From: Lama glama
Lineage: Eukaryota
DNA: 64,000 nt
Reading direction: 5' to 3'
Assembly (NCBI GenBank): GCA_028534125.1
Contig: CM052817.1
Location: 66,342,001 to 66,406,000, forward strand
This document shows, in pieces, positions 62,880 to 64,000 of the stretch (positions are counted from its first letter, which is position 1; every line of letters begins with the position of its first letter). The notes beneath the pieces were generated by a model. That model saw only the letters and a program-made list of their open reading frames with translations, was not told where the DNA came from and searched no databases. The translations under genes and the position numbers were made by a program.

Positions 62880-64000
62880 AGTGTCAACCAGTGGTGCTGG
62901 AACAACTGGAAATCCACATGTGAATGAGTCTAGACATAGACCTTACATCCTGCACAGCAATTTACTCAAAATGGATCATAGACCTAAATGTAAAATGCAA
63001 ACCTACGAAACTCCTGGAAGACAACCCTGGAGAAAATACAGATGACTTTGGGTATGGTGATGACTTCTTAGATACACTATGAAGGCACGACCCATGAAAG
63101 AAATAATAATAAGCTGGACTTCATTAAAATTAAAAACTTATAATTTGCGAGAGACAATGTCAAGGGAATGAGAAGATAAGCCACAGGCTAGGAGAACATA
63201 TTTACAAAAGATACATCTGATAAAGGACTGCTATTCCAAGTGTACTAGGAACTCTCAAAATTCAGTGTAAGAAAACAAACAACCCAAGTGAAAAATAGGC
63301 AAAAGGCTTGGACAGACACCTGACCAAAGAAGACACAGTGATGGCAGATAAGCATATGAAAAGATGCTTCACGTCTTATGTCATCAGGAAAATACAAATT
63401 AAAACAACAATGAAATACCACTACACACTTATTAGAATGGCCAGAATCTAAAACACAATACCAAATGCTGGTGAGGATGTGGAACAACAGGAACTCATTG
63501 CTTTTGGGGATGCAAAATGGTACAGCCCCTTTGGAAGACAGTTTAGCAAACTCTTACAAAACTAAACATACATTTACCAAATGATCCAGCAGTCACATTC
63601 ATTGGTATGTATCCAAAGGAGTCGAAAACTTTATGTCCACACAAAACCTACACATTGATGTTTATAGCAGCTTTATTCGTAATTGCCAAAACGTGGAAGC
63701 CACCAAGATGTCCGTCAGCAGGTGAATGGATAAATTAACTGTGATATAGCCAGACAGTGGAATACTATTCAGTCTAACAAGAAATCAGCTATTAAGTAAG
63801 AAAAGACATGGCAAAAACTTAAATGCATATTACTAAGTGAAAGAAATTGATCTGAAAAGGCTACATACTGTATGATATCCACTATGTGATATGCAATACT
63901 TTAGAGACCGTAAAAAGGTCAGTGGTTGCCAGAGGTTAGGGGAGGGATAAACAGATGAATCACAAGGCATTTTTAGGGCAGTGAAAGTAGTCTATAAGAT
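62880..64000 (+). mobile_element. L1MC1-like LINE-1, ORF2 3' end and 3' UTR (runs off window)
   Basis: tggtgctggaacaactgg...aagcatatgaaaagatgc...aaacttaaatgcatattactaagtgaaagaa...aaaggctacatactgtatga. Confidence 0.85.

Overview
AT-rich, CpG-depleted mammalian nuclear DNA, intronic or intergenic. A Vic-1/SINE_Vpa-type tRNA-derived SINE (62531-62653) points to a camelid (alpaca/vicuna/llama/camel), and I saw no Alu, B1/B2, BovB/Bov-tA, PRE-1 or CAN-SINE copies. I could not recognise any host protein-coding exon, RNA gene, CpG island, numt or CRISPR-like array. The only ORFs with identifiable homology are decayed LINE-1 ORF1p/ORF2p fragments. Much of the window is transposon debris: a ~6.2 kb L1MC-type element nested in an older L1ME-type element (27.7-39.4 kb), a younger 5'-truncated L1 with a perfect 14-bp TSD (56.1-57.5 kb), a second L1MC at the right edge, ERV1 and MaLR solo LTRs, many L2/MIR fragments and a few DNA transposons. 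Repeat family names come from recalled consensus sequences and need RepeatMasker/Dfam confirmation. I found no demonstrable novel biological system. The best leads are a host-flank copy inside the 5' end of the young L1, candidate cis-regulatory motif clusters (CTCF, Meis/Pbx-Hox, STAT/ETS/RUNX, RBPJ/NF-kB) and some exon-shaped unique segments.
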